Source of the DNA: Gekko japonicus
Lineage: Eukaryota
DNA: 64,000 nucleotides
Direction of reading: 5' to 3'
Assembly: GCF_001447785.1 (NCBI RefSeq)
Contig: NW_015175364.1
Coordinates: forward strand, 551,512-615,511
Below, one piece after another: positions 12,434-25,545 of this stretch. How positions within the stretch are numbered: the first letter of the stretch is position 1; each line of letters opens with the position of its first letter. The notes beneath the pieces were generated by a model. It saw only the letters and a list, made by a program, of their open reading frames with translations. It made no database searches and was not told the origin of the DNA. The position numbers were made by a program, and so were the translations under genes.

Positions 12434-13222
12434 AGGGTTACCAACTCCATGTGGGAAATTCCTGGAGAGGATGAAGTTTCAGGAGGTGTGGGACCTTGGA
12501 CAGGTACAAAGCCATAGACTCCACCCTCCAAACCAACTATTCCCTTCTGGGGAACCATCGTTGCCAATCTCCAGGTGAGGGCTGGAGATCACTCAAAATT
12601 ACAACTGTTCTTTAGGTAGCAGAGATCAGTTCCTCTGGAGAAAATGGTGAACTCAGTGTCATTATACCCTGCTGAGGTCACCACAGCAAATTGACACTGA
12701 GTGTCCAAGGCCGGGGCACCCACCCAGAGCCTCTTTCTAGAGGTCGTTGTATTTATTTCCAGAACGGGCCTTTTTCCTACGTAGTAGTATATATTGTTTA
12801 TAATCTGCTTGAATCATTAAAACTTAGGTTTTGTTAATCTATGTTTACTATGTATTGTAGTCTTTATTGCACTATGTATATGCAAAAACTAATAAAGATT
12901 TAATCTAGAAAAAAAGACAAACAATGGCCATTTGGCACCTTCAACACTAAACCTTGATTTTGGCACATACTTCTGGGAATGAGAACCCAGTTTGTTAGAT
13001 TCATAGAAGATTATTCTCGGTCAAAATATTGGGTACACAAGTATAGTTGCCAGTCTCCAGGTGGCAGGTCACAACTCATCTCCAGATCAGTTCCCTGGGA
13101 GAAAATGGCTGCTTTGGAGGGTGGACTGTATGGTATTACCTCCCCTCTCCAGTCCCCACCATCCCCAAATCCCACCTTTACCTCCAAATCTCCAGAAATT
13201 TCCCAACCCAAAGTTGGCAATC
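12434..13222. mobile_element. Cluster of TAGGGTTGCCA-type MITE remnants with an intervening LINE 3'UTR/poly(A) end (~12690-12915) and a Penelope-like fragment (~12925-13020)
   Basis: Recurrent motifs AGATCAGTTCCCTGGAGAAAATGGCTGCTTTGGAGGGTGGAC; AATAAA plus A-tail at 12891-12915. Confidence 0.55.
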
Positions 13223-13512
13223 TTACAAGCAGTAGAATGGGTGGAGCATTAGCATTTCAAAGTAAGGCCAAGAGGCTCAGCAGCATCCCAAGAGGTAGAT
13301 GTGTTACATTAGTGTGCAGAAAACAAATGAAAAAAATGTTCAATCAAAAGAGTAAACAATCTTGTCAGGGAGGGAATAGATTGCTCAATCCAAACCAGGC
13401 CTGCCAACCTCCCAACTGGGACAGGACAACCCCCACCTTGAGCTCCCATTGCCTGCCCTCACTCCAAATGGTGGCAGGGCAAAAATTAAAAAACTCACCA
13501 GTGTCATGAGCA

Positions 13513-14172
13513 TAGGGTTGCCATATGCCCTGGTGGGGGCAGGGGTCCTCCACTGCCAGGCCCCACCTCTCCTCCACTGATCAGCTGGCCAGTGGGGGGA
13601 CTTGCCCCCCCAAGGGAGGAACACCAACATTTTAGCAACGTACTTACGTGACTTCAGCATGACTTGGAAGTGATGCAGGTATGTCAGGGACGTTGGGGTT
13701 TTAAGCTCTGGGTTTTAAGCAAAAACTCTATGGTAGAAGCTAATTCTAAGAAGAGGAAGAAGAGATTGGATGTGTACCCCACCCTTCACTACCCAAAGGA
13801 GTCTCAGAGGGGCTTATAAACTCCTTCCCCTTCCCCTCCCCACAACAGATACCCTGTGAGGTAGGTGAGGCTGACAGAGCTCTTTCAAGAACTGTCCTTG
13901 AGATAACAGCTCTGACAGAACTATGGCTGGCCCAAGGTCATCCCGCAGCTGCAAGTGGAGGAGTGGGGAATCAAACCCAGTTCTCCCAGATTAGAGTCCG
14001 TGCACTTAATCACAACACCAAACTGACTCTCACCATATAGTTTTTTTCTACCATAGAGTTTTTGCCCCAAAACCAGAGCATCACCCCCAACATCCTCGAC
14101 GTGCCTATGTCACTTCCAGGTCCCATTGGAAGTCATATGGGCATGTCTGCAAGGAGGGACCTAGCAACCCTA
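13513..14172. mobile_element. hAT-type MITE (TIR TAGGGTTGC) interrupted by a Squam3-like SINE
   Basis: TIRs TAGGGTTGCCA / TAGCAACCCTA; 8-bp TSD CATGAGCA / CATGAGAA. Related copies at ~14792-15270, 17936-18142, 24690-24965 and 40973-41184. Confidence 0.75.
13748..14031 (-). mobile_element. Squam3-like tRNA SINE
   Basis: Reverse complement of the 24228 copy, with (CTT)n tail. Confidence 0.85.
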
Positions 14173-15975
14173 CATGAGAATGATGATGTCACTTTGGGGG
14201 AAATACCCAGAAGAGACAGCACTAGCTCTAGGGATTTCCAGAAACTTGAGTTTCCAGCAATTTACTAGAGCTGCCACTGTCACTTCCAAGTTTTCCCAAG
14301 AAGGGACATCATCATGCTAATGATTATGCCCTCCCCCCATGTCTCCGCATCAAACCCTCCTGCTGGTTTCCTGGCAACCCTACTCCCAACAGCATATAAA
14401 AATGACAAATCAAGATAGGTAGTGTACATAAATTTGTAAGCGGAAACAATTACTTCTGTGCTGAGCTAACCACTCCCTGTCCATGTCGAGGCTCAGTTCG
14501 ATAGTGTCAAATGTGCATAATGAATTTAAACTCTGCAGCAGCACATTTAAATATCCTGAAAGCATTTTGTTGAAATATGAAAGCTTTGAAGCTGTTGGTG
14601 AATGTCAAGGGAGCTTGAATTGCTTCCCTGCTGCTTCCTGAATGATTCCATTTTTAATGTCTAACTTGTTTCCATTTCTTCTCTGGCATGCAGGCAGCCT
14701 GGTCTGAAATTGTAAATATAAAAGGAAGACAGTGTTACTGGCACCTGATTGCCTATTTCAGAGAAAATAGGCAAGCAAACAAGTCCTTAACTAGGGTTGC
14801 CAACTTTGGGTTGGGAAATTCCTGATGATTTGTGGACAAAAACTGGCTGGTGGGAGGAAATCCCACCCCCAAACAGCAACATCACCGGAAATAAACATGA
14901 CACGCTGACATCTGCACATCGAGGACATTACATGGTGATGCTCTGGTTTGGGGGCAAAACTCTATGGTTTGAGGCTGATTTTACCATAGAGTTTTTACCA
15001 CAAAAAACCAGAACATTGCTGTGCAACATCCCCAATGTGCTGATGTCAGTGTGTTGCATTTATTTCTGCCAATGTCACTGTTTGGGTGCAGAATTTTCTG
15101 ATTTTACCATAGAGGCAGGTTTGCCCAAAAACTAGAGCATCACCATGCATTGTCCCCGATGTGCTGACGTCATTTCTGCATGACTTCAGCATGTCATGGT
15201 GCTCCTCCCCACCCTGGGAAAGTTCCCTCCCACCCACACCCACCAGCACAGCGTTCGGACCTGGCAAACCTCATTGTTAACACTGGGAAAACTCCAGGCC
15301 CCACCAGAAGGTTGGTCACCATATCCTTGACAGTACAGTTGGTAGTGTTGGGTCCCATGATAGAGTAGGTGTAATCAATACAGCAACAAGAGTTTGCGCC
15401 AGGGTGTGTTGCAGAGGCTAATCCCTGGTTGTGTATCTCTGTTGGATGATCTGTTGTTGCTAGTGAGTGTTTCATTGTGGATGTCCCACAACAGAGACAT
15501 GCATGTTCCTCAGCTCTGTCATGATGCTTTGTGCTGTAAATTAAACTTTTTAAAAAAAACTGATGGGGGATCCACAAGCACAAAGGGAGAAGTGACAAGA
15601 ATTTTGTAAGCCGCCGGAATGCAGTTTTGGTAGTCAGCTTTTAGAGGAGAAGGCATAATATTACAGAATCAGATGTCATTCTTTCAGATATTAATTCTTT
15701 CAGGGGAAAGTTTACAGCAAAGATAATCAACTATCACCCCTTTTGGGTCCTTATATCCTATGTTTCCATGTCAGTCAGACACCATCTTAGAGCTTGCTGG
15801 ACCCATGAAAGTTCCAGGAGCTCAATTAAGTTCATGTGCCTGGTTTCTTCCCTTCCCTTCATCAACCATCTTTCCGTAAGAAGAAACTCCTTGCCGAAGT
15901 TTGTCCAAAAAAACCTTGGCCTTGCCCTCAGGACACTCCTGTGGTGAGTGTAGGAAGCCAACCATGTGGACAGCA

Positions 15976-16317
15976 CAGAGGTCATTTCGGGGGGGAACGC
16001 GGGGGAACGCAGTTCCCCCGGGTGAGGTGCAGGGAGGCGGGGCACATGACGAAGCCCCGCCCCCTGCTTCTGGCCGCCCCGCTTCCGGCCCTCATTCAGC
16101 CAGGAGGAGGCAGGAGAAGAGGGAGGGTAAGTTGCTTCCCCCCCGCCTCTCCCCACCCCTGCCTGCCTGGGGCCAGGGAGGGCCTTCGCGGGGCTTCCTC
16201 GCACTCCCGCTGGCCTTGCAGGTCCACCGCCGGGCCCCTGATGTCAGGGGGTGTGGCATATGCTAATGAGTTATGCTAATGAGTTCCCCTAGCTCTTTTT
16301 CTACGAAATGACCCCTG
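15976..16317 (+). mobile_element. hAT MITE, subfamily A (TIR CAGRGGTCATTTCG)
   Basis: TIRs CAGAGGTCATTTCG / CGAAATGACCCCTG; perfect 8-bp TSD GGACAGCA. Confidence 0.92.
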
Positions 16318-18559
16318 GGACAGCATACTCTTCACACATTCCAATCCCAATAGCTGTGCAGACCAGGGTGGGGAAATCACTAGTTCATGTAAACTGCATG
16401 ACTGGATTATAGGGATCAGAAACACACACTCTGCAATCAGGTTATTCCTTCAGCTTATAGTGAGGATCTAATCTTGCGGAGAGCTGGGATTGGAAGAATA
16501 ACATCTTTTACTAATGTGACTGGCACTTGGAAAGAGAAAAAGATAATTAGCCTGGTGCAGGGCAGTTGTTGCACCGTAAACACCACTGTTGAAACCCTTG
16601 AGTACCCTCCAGTTCCACAGCTTGCTCCCTAGTAAGGACAATGAGATCAGAGGCAAAAAGACATAAAAGGATCACAGCTCATTACACTTCTCCGGCTTTC
16701 TAAAGAGCACACATACATCCCTTTCCTAATGAGCACTTGTGCAGCCTCTTAGGTGGAGCAGAAATGGCCGTTCTCAGAATGTGTGAGAGGAGGCGAGAAA
16801 GCAAAGCATCATTCTCCGGATTCAGATACAGGGGCCCAATCCTACAGACCTGAGCGCTAATCCTATTAGCGTAATGAATACAAATTGTCCTGGGGCCTGA
16901 ACAAAAGTCCTTTCAGCCAAGCCTCCCTCCAGCAATAGCCACTAAGCAATGTTAATAGTATCAGGTAGTAATGAGGACTCCCTTGTCATCCTTCCCACAA
17001 CCAGACCCACAAACTCACACACAACCTTTATTATCAGTAAGCCACAGAGCTGATGCCTTGAGAAACCTACTCAATAATCAAGTTATAGTCTTTCCTTATA
17101 TAAACTGGTTTAATTACAATTATAAAGGTGGTTGTGTGGTTGATGAACAGTGTTATGATTCTACTTTTATTTCATATGGCTTTCCAGGGTTCATGGATGC
17201 CCATCCAAGCCTTTTTAGAACGGAAGTCCCTGTTGAGAAACAAGAGCCTGGATCTGAAATTTACCCTGTTTTCACAGGTTTAAACCAACAGCGCAACCTG
17301 GAAGACCATAAGTACAGTATAAGGATGTACGCATAGCTCTGCAAACAGATACCTAGTGTTTCCGTGCATGGCTTCCCCAAGCGCTATGCATCAGTTGTCT
17401 ACAATTGTCGTCCCCCCCCGCCTCCCCCCCCGCTTATACCAGACTTTTTGTGGTCACAACTGACCCTAATAGCTGGCTTATTTCACACACAGAACACAGA
17501 AATATATGTGGTACTTATAAGAGAGTGACCTTAATTACCTCTAAGTTGCTGTACTTAAGTATTTATTCCTACCTTTGTATGAAATGTTGGCGGGGGGAGC
17601 ATTCTTCAAGCTATATGTACAAAGGAAAGCCATTATGTTCAGTTTCCCAAACCCACAGCCTCGGAACATTCATTTTTCTGAAGACTGCCTAGACAGCCCT
17701 TTGGACCTCTTCAAGGTTTCTGCTTAACAATTGGCTAGAGCACCCTGCTAAGAAGTAATAAAAACATTCAGAGTCCAGCACTTTTGTGCCTTCTGGCCTC
17801 CTGAAGTCAGCTACAAAACATGCCCTGGGTTGCACCATTTTCATTCCTACAAGAGCTGCACCTTAGCAGGCTTTTAAGGCTCTAGGTGATTTCATTAAAG
17901 GTACTAACCCACTTTTTCAATAGTTGCCAATTTGCTAGTGTTGCCAACCTCCAGGTGGTGCCTGGAGAGCTCCCACTATGACAACTGAATTCTAGAGATC
18001 AGTTTGCCTGGAGAAAATAGCTGCTTTGGAAGGTAGACTCTGTGGCATTATACCCTGAAGAGGTCCCTTTCCTCTCTAAACCCCACTGTCCCCAGACTCC
18101 ACCCCCAGATCTCCAGGTATTTCCAAACCCAGAGCTGGCAACCTCACAATTTGCAGGCAAAAGTAAAAGACACCCAGAGAAGGGTGAACATCCTTTCCAA
18201 ATCCAGCACATCTCCCATTTCCAAACAGCAAAGCTGTTGCTTTATTCAAACTACTTCAGAAAAGGATTTGCCATTCACAATAGTACACTATTAGTAGTAT
18301 TACATGTTATGAGATCTGCACAATGCTGCTGTTATTGGTTATGACTCAGTCGCAGCCTTATATGCTTGTCACTAGAGAGTGCCACCAGTGACACACACTC
18401 CTTGGGCTTGTTGTAATGAAGGTACTAGATGTTCTTCATTATCAAAGACAATGGAGGATCTTGCTCCCACACTTGAAATAGTTATGCAAAAGAGGGCATT
18501 TCAAAACAATATAGCTTCTCACAAAGATGAAGACAGCTAAAATTACCTACCAAAATAAA

Positions 18560-20260
18560 TTCACAGGAACCTGCCTGAAGCCACTTACAAATTAAAACAC
18601 AAAACATTTAAAAATATTAAATACAATATTTTAAAATATATATTGATTGAAATCTATCATTAAAAACCCAGGCCTACTTAAAAGCATGGACCCTATAAAC
18701 AGATCACTGACAGCTTACAGTAACAGACCAAAAAGCATTAAAAGATCCACCCTTTAATTAAAAGCCTGGTGAACCAAAATGTTTTTGCCTGGTAGCTAAA
18801 GGAGAACAACATAGGTGTGTCAGGTGATCCTCAAGGGGAAGGGCATTCTATTAGCAAGGTGCCACTACTGCAAAAGACCTGTCTCTGGTTGCCACCACCT
18901 TACCCCTAAAGGCAAGGCCTGTGACAGTTCAAGCTCCGCTCCACAGGAGCCTCAGCCAATCACTTTCTAATGGTGGATTGGAATGTAGAAAAGAAAAAGA
19001 AAATTTTTTGGCAGTTTAGCGGCTGGCCAACTGACAGAGTTGGGGGTTGTTGGAATGGATTGTCATGGGAGAAGGGTTAAGAGGTCTGCTGGTTAGCAGG
19101 GAGTCCATTAGGGACTTTGGGTATTATAAAGAGAGGTAGGGTTTGGGTGCTGTCAAAATTGTTAAATGCCCTAGAGCTCCATGTTATAACTCTGAATCAG
19201 TCAAACAAGAAATCTCCTGTGTAACTGTTATGCGTTCTCTTTCAAGCATCCTGCTGCTAAGCTATTTAGGGCTTTAACGATAAGAAGCCACACTCTGAAT
19301 TTTGCCAGGAAACAAATGGACAGCCAGGGCAGATCTTTCAGCAGTGGGGCAATACAGCCCCTGTACCCTGGCAATAGCCTAGCAACTGCATTTTAAACTA
19401 ACTGAAGTTTCCATCCACTCCTACATAGGGTTTATTACAATAATCTGACATCGATGTAATCAGCACATGGATCACTATGGCCAGATCGTGCTTTTGGAGG
19501 AACAGCCATAGGTGGTGTGTCAGCCAAAGCTGAAGAAAGGCACTACATGCCACAGAGCAGACCTGAGCCTCCATCTGTAGACCAGAATCTAGCAGTACCC
19601 CCAAGTTATAAACCTGTTCCTTCAGGGGGAGTGGAACCTTCTCCAGGAGTAATTGAGGCTGACTGCTCAAGCAGCCTTGTCATTGACCAGCAGCACTTCT
19701 GTCTCATCTGGACTGAGCTTGAGTTTATTGACTCTTATCCATCCCATCTCTAGGCACCTGTTCAGCACTTCCACAGATCCACCTGACTCAGCTGTAAGGA
19801 GCAGTGGAGCTGGATGTCATCTGCACTGGTGGCACCTTACTCCAAATCCCCTGATGATCTCTCCCAGTGGTGTCATGAAGATGTTAACATGTAGGTGTAA
19901 AACTAGAGAGAATGCCATAGCATAAATACCACGAGGCCAAGCAGCAGCCCCCAGCACCACCTTCTGGAACTGGCCAGTCAAGTCGGAGCAAAAACTAATG
20001 TTTTTGAAAATGGAAAAATAATTTTTTTAAGCAGGAGCAGAACCACTGAAACACAGTAATTCTCCCACTCCCAACTCAACCAATGTCTCCAGAAGGATAC
20101 CAGAACCAGTGGTATTGAATGCCACAGAGAGATCCAGGAGAATTAACAGGGACGCACTCCCTCGTCACTCTCCTGGTCAGGGTGACTAAGTTCATTTCTG
20201 CCCCAGGCCTGAATCCAGACTGAAATGGGACTAAATAACCCATCTCCAAGACTGCATGAA
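18560..20260 (-). mobile_element. Degenerate L2 LINE (RT and 3' region) with an unrelated insert at ~18920-19250
   Basis: ORF fragments PFQSGFRPG and LKEQVYNLGVLLDSGLQMEAQV...DLAIVIHVLITSMSDYCN are typical of L2 ORF2. Confidence 0.8.
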
Positions 20261-20261
20261 G

Positions 20262-21477
20262 CTGCATGGCCATCACCCACTCATGCACCTTGCCCTTGTG
20301 GACAAGGGGGATCCAATAGATATTGTTTACCTTGACTTCCAGAAAGCTTTTGATAAAGTTCCTCATCAAAGGCTCCTAAGTAAGCTCAAAAATCTTGGGA
20401 TAAAAGGACAAGACCTTTTATGGATCAAAAACTGGCTAATTAACAGAAAACAGAGAGTGAGTATAAATGGGCAATTTTCTGCGGTGGGGTACCGCAGGGA
20501 TCAGTACTTGGTCCACTGCTTTTTAACTTGTTCATTAATGATTTGGAGTTGGGAGTAAGCAGTGAAGTGGCTAAATTTGTGGATGATACNNNNNNNNNNN
20601 NNNNNNNNNNNNNNNNNNNNNNNNNNNNNNNNNNNNNNNNNNNNNNNNNNNNNNNNNNNNNNNNNNNNNNNNNNNNNNNNNNNNNNNNNNNNNNNNNNNN
20701 NNNNNNNNNNNNNNNNNNNNNNNNNNNNNNNNNNNNNNNNNNNNNNNNNNNNNNNNNNNNNNNNNNNNNNNNNNNNNNNNNNNNNNNNNNNNNNNNNNNN
20801 NNNNNNNNNNNNNNNNNNNNNNNNNNNNNNNNNNNNNNNNNNNNNNNNNNNNNNNNNNNNNNNNNNNNNNNNNNNNNNNNNNNNNNNNNNNNNNNNNNNN
20901 NNNNNNNNNNNNNNNNNNNNNNNNNNNNNNNNNNNNNNNNNNNNNNNNNNNNNNNNNNNNNNNNNNNNNNNNNNNNNNNNNNNNNNNNNNNNNNNNNNNN
21001 NNNNNNNNNNNNNNNNNNNNNNNNNNNNNNNNNNNNNNNNNNNNNNNNNNNNNNNNNNNNNNNNNNNNNNNNNNNNNNNNNNNNNNNNNNNNNNNNNNNN
21101 NNNNNNNNNNNNNNNNNNNNNGAAAGAGATACTTTTCTCCCTTTCTCACAATATAAGAACTCGTGGGCACTCCATGAAACTGCTGAGTGGTCGGGTTAGA
21201 ACGGATAGAAGGAAGTACTTCTTCACCCAAAGAGTGATTAACACATGGAATTCACTGCCACAGGAAGTGGTGGAGGCTACAAGCATGGACAGCTTCAAAA
21301 GGGAATTAGATAAGCATATGGAGCAGAGGTCCATCAGTGGGAGCGCTTCTAATGTCCTGGCCCCACTGGTGGACCTCCTGATGGCACCTGGTATTTCTGG
21401 CCACTGTGTGACACAGAGTGTTGGACTGGATGGGCCTTTGGCCTGATCCAACATTGGTGTCTCTTATGTTCTTATGT
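20262..21477 (+). mobile_element. CR1 LINE (RT to 3' end) spanning an assembly gap
   Basis: VDKGDPIDIVYLDFQKAFDKVPHQRLL and RTRGHSMKL..RKYFFTQRVINTWNSLPQEVV; TCTTATGTTCTTATG tail. Confidence 0.92.
20590..21121. other. Assembly gap (N run)
   Basis: Run of N. Confidence 1.
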
Positions 21478-21529
21478 AAAAGATGGAATGTTGGCCACTG
21501 GGCAGCAGTTGTTCAGGTTAGTGGGGTCC

Positions 21530-21795
21530 AGGGATTCCTTCTTCAGGAGAGATCATACAGCCACTTCTTTCAACTTGGGAAATGTTTATTACCTCCCAGA
21601 TCCATTCAGCCAATATAGCCCAAATCGATACCAACAGCAATGAAGGGCAAGAGTCTAGATTTGGTAGGCTGGACACTTCTGAGCAGCTTGTCCACTTCAT
21701 TAGGCCTCACCAACAAAAGGTCATTCATACAACTAAGACTAGACTGTACTCCAGTAGCACCCTAAGATGAATTTCACCAACTGTAGAATTTAATT
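21530..21795. repeat. Old dispersed repeat, homologous to ~51780-52015
   Basis: Shared ACCTCCCAGATCCAYTCAGCCAA...AAAAGGTCATT...AACTGYAGARTTTA. Family not recognised. Confidence 0.6.
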
Positions 21796-22608
21796 CATGG
21801 CGGAGGTGATTTTATCTGCAAAATGCATCACACAAAAAATCACAGTGGGCCTGTATATTTTCTGGTCTGGGATAAGAGCTCCCTCACAACACAGAAAAGA
21901 TCTGCTGGATAGCATTGCACAGAAGTAACAGTGGTGGAGAACTGAGCTCACGTTTGTCACCATGAACAGCACAGAGTAGGCATGATAATGTCACACGCAC
22001 TTTGAGTTTTCCTCATCAGATGCAGAAACCTTCTCTTCTACAGCTCTCCCACATAAATCATGGTAGGAAAGTCAACAAGACACATTGCAAAGCTGGAGGG
22101 ACACTCAGGCTTGAACCAGCTTAGTAAGTAACTGTGGTTCAGTGGCCAAGCATCTACTCTACTAGCAGAAGGTCCCTGGTTCGGTCCCCAACATCTCCAG
22201 TTAAAAGGTCTCAATGGAGCAAGTGTAGTGAAATAACACTATCTCTATCTCAGATCTGGACAGCCACCATCAGTAAACAATATGAACTTGAAGAATCAGT
22301 GCTGACATGGCAAAAGGCAGCATTATCTTTTCAAGCTAAATGCACATCAAACTCATCCCACCTGCAATATTTTTTGTAATGGAATGGAATTCTAACCAGG
22401 TTAGAAATTCGTTTTACTGGGCAGATTACAAAAAAAAAAAACTACAGTTGGAAGAACTATACCTTGGACAATGTATAGAATTCTCCTTGATTTCCTTCTC
22501 ATACTCTTTTAAAGGCACAGGAGCCTTCTTTAATAACAGAAAAAAATTCGGCAGATGACTGCTTTTTTAATATAATAAAGCTATAACACCACAACTGTGC
22601 ATCTTGGA

Positions 22609-23045
22609 TTTATTTTCTGCAACTTTTAAATGTCAAAGGAGCAGTTTGGTGATTGTCCCTGGAGAAGACTTATAAGTTAGCACCTATGGTTTATCAGTAC
22701 TATTTCTGCTCTGATGAGGCTGTTTTAAAACCCAAATAATGAAAGTTGTTTATCTTTTCAGGCTTCAAACACACTTATCTCCTGCAGGTAATTCAAATAA
22801 ATGTTAAATGGATTCCTAATGCTCCTTTTGAAATACAGCTTTACAAGACATGCATCAGAGAACAGTACTGGGGGGGGGGGAACAGTAAATTGTAGCAAGA
22901 TGCATTTACTGAAAAGCATTACATTTAAGGCAACACACAAAAAAAAACCCTGATAGTCTAAAGCATAACCTTTTGAAAACTACTTTCCCTCCTGCCTAGC
23001 TAGAGAGATCTACCATTCAACATTTGTTGTTCTTATCCATTTATT
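22609..23045 (-). terminator. Candidate HEY1 polyadenylation signals (AATAAA at 23040-23045 and 22609-22614)
   Basis: First canonical AATAAA hexamers I could find by eye on the minus strand downstream of the stop, in AT-rich non-repetitive sequence. Not verified by transcripts. Confidence 0.4.
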
Positions 23046-23968
23046 TAGGCACAACACAAATACAGAAGTCCAATTTGGGGGAAGCCACTTCAGTGTAGCC
23101 ATTGTGGAACAAACCTATGCAGAACTGATTCTTAAGAAACCAACCCAAAAAGTATACAAAATAGACCTTTTCAAACTGAGGAATTCCCTTCATGTTACCC
23201 TGAATGGAAGTAAAGGGAAAGAGTCAGTAAGTACTGCCTGCATGATAAGTATGTGTATTAAAATAAACCAGGTGGCACTCTAATAAATGTATTGTGGCAT
23301 AAGCTTTCATATGTCAGAGACCACTTCTTTAGATGCATGAAGTACAATCATCAGCTACTTCGCAGAAATATATACATGGGTACAACATGAAAAAAGGGTA
23401 CAGGGGTAGAGTATTACAAAGCTAGGCTGAAAGACCCTGCAATTCTGAAGAGTTCTGTCCAAAAACACAAATGAAACCAAGATCCCATCAGAGAGCAAGC
23501 AATCTAATTAGAATTAGAGTGGCCCATTCCCAACAAATCATGAACTGACAAAGCAAGATGAAAAGTGTAGAGTATCCTACCAGGAGAGACCTTCTGTACT
23601 GAGCTGGCCATTTCCAGGCTGTACTGAGCCCGTGCCTAACCTTTTGAATTTGTTAGCCTTAAAGCACCACAACACTCTATGGTGCATTGATTGCAACACC
23701 TTGATGCAGCTACTTCTCTGGAACTTGTCATTAAAATAACAGGTCTCATCTGTGTTTGTAGATGTTTGTCAATCTACCAGTGGGTGCCGGTGGCGGGTGT
23801 GTCTCAGGATTCTGCACTATAAGATCCCAAATACTGCAATGCAAGTTGTATTATACAAGAGAGATAAATAGTCCAGATTTAGGCAAAGAAGAATGTTGGA
23901 ATGACTCAGTTTTGGTTTTACTTTTAAATGCAAAATTAGTCATTTCTTCCTTTTTCTTTTCTTTCAGG

Positions 23969-24030
23969 AAACTCCCCAGCTCAGCTGGATATTTATAGAC
24001 CTCTCTGTCCTGTGCTAGTTCCTGAAAAGC
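23969..24030 (-). repeat. Diverged copy of the HEY1 stop-codon / proximal 3'UTR segment (26328-26389)
   Basis: 52/62 identical by manual alignment, including 27 consecutive identical bases. Confidence 0.9.
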
Positions 24031-24227
24031 ACTAAAGAAAATATTAGTAAGCCATAGAACATACAAGATGTGTGGCCATAGAACATACAAGAAACATGAC
24101 TGGGGTGAATTACAGAGATCCCCTTGTGCTAAGTGAGGACCCCAGCTGCATTTAGCTGCTGGAAGTCCTCCAGTTTCTCCTAGTTCACATCTTTTCATTT
24201 TCCCCCCTGCTATGATGAAACCTGTTC

Positions 24228-24502
24228 GAGAGCCAGTTTGGTGTAGTGGTTACGTGCACGGATTCTAATCTGAGAGAACCGGGTTTGATTCCCCACTCCT
24301 CCACATGCAGCTGCTGGATGACCGTGGGCAAGCCATAGTTCTGCCAGAGCTGTTCTTGAAAGAGCAGTTCTCGAAAGAGCTCTCTCAGCCCCTCCTACCT
24401 CACAGGGTGTCTGTTGTGGGGAGGGGAAGGGAAAGGAGTTTGTAAACTGCTCTGAGACTCCGAGTGAAGGCTGGGATATAAATCCAATCTCTTCTTCTTC
24501 TT
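24228..24502 (+). mobile_element. Squam3-like tRNA SINE, full length
   Basis: A and B boxes, (CTT)n tail, TSD CTGTTC. Confidence 0.9.
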
Positions 24503-25079
24503 CTGTTCTCAGTTGCCATCAAATTCTGTTTGTGACCAGTTTCTCAATTACAACACCATTGTGGCCTTGCAGCTTCCCATAATAAACGGTTCTAAAAACA
24601 GGATGACCAGGCCGCAATCTGAAGAATGCTGATGAGGCTCAAGTTCACCCATTAAGCAGGAAACTTAACAGTACAGCCTCCTAAGCTATGGTTACCAGTC
24701 CACAGTTGGCAACCCCTAGGAAGAACAGGGAGACAGATTCTGGTGTGCCAACATCAGTATGCAGATGCTTTAATATTTACAAAACTGACATGGTTTTACC
24801 ATAGAGTGCTCATAAAATGCTAGAGCATCTACTGTAGCACTTCTGGTTTTTACTGGAATTGAGGTGAGCGTACTGATGTACACTCCTCCCCACATTTCCT
24901 ACCACCAGTGCCTGAAGCGCCAGCAAACAACAAGCTTGGTTGCTGGGAGGCCTGGCATCCCTACACTAAGCCCACGGATGGACTTAGAAGGGTATAAATC
25001 TGCTTAGTACTGGTAATGTCCTACTTTACTGATCAAACAGGTCTTCTCAGGGTTGAAACCACACAATCTTTCCTAGGGC

Positions 25080-25545
25080 CAGAGGTCATTTCGGGGGGAT
25101 TGCGGGGGATCACAGTTCCCCCGGGTGAGGTACGGGGGGCGGGGCACATGATGAAGCCCCGCCCCCTGCTACCAGCCGCCCCGCTTCCGGCCCTCATTCA
25201 GCCAGGAGGAGGCAGGAGAAGAGGGAGGGTAAGTTGCTTCCTCCCTGCCTCTCCCCACCCCTGCCTGCCTGGGGCCAGGGAGGGCCTTCGCGGGGCTTCC
25301 TTGCCTTCCTGCCGGCCTTGCAGGTCCACCGCTGGGCCCCTCATGGGGCTCGGCAGTGGAGCTGCAAGGCCGCCAGCGGCGGCCGGGACCGTTGTGGGCG
25401 GGGTGTGTGGCCTTATGACACACTTCCAGTGATGTCAAGGGGTGTGGCCTTATGACACACTTCCAGTGATGTCAGGGGGTGTGGCATATGCTAATGAGTT
25501 ACGCTAATGAGATCCCCTAGCTCTTTTTCTACGAAACGACCCCTG
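25080..25545 (+). mobile_element. hAT MITE, subfamily A (longer copy)
   Basis: Same TIRs and interior as 15976; perfect 8-bp TSD CCTAGGGC; internal ~39-bp tandem duplication. Confidence 0.92.

Noticed and set aside
15758-16279. ORFs nearly identical to those at 25016-25455, suggesting a duplicated gene
   Set aside because: Both lie inside copies of the same TIR/TSD-bounded MITE; no transposase motifs.
20528-21446. 219-294 aa ORFs
   Set aside because: Artefacts of translating through the N gap inside a CR1.
24228-24300. tRNA gene
   Set aside because: A and B boxes belong to a multi-copy SINE head that continues into the SINE body and tail.
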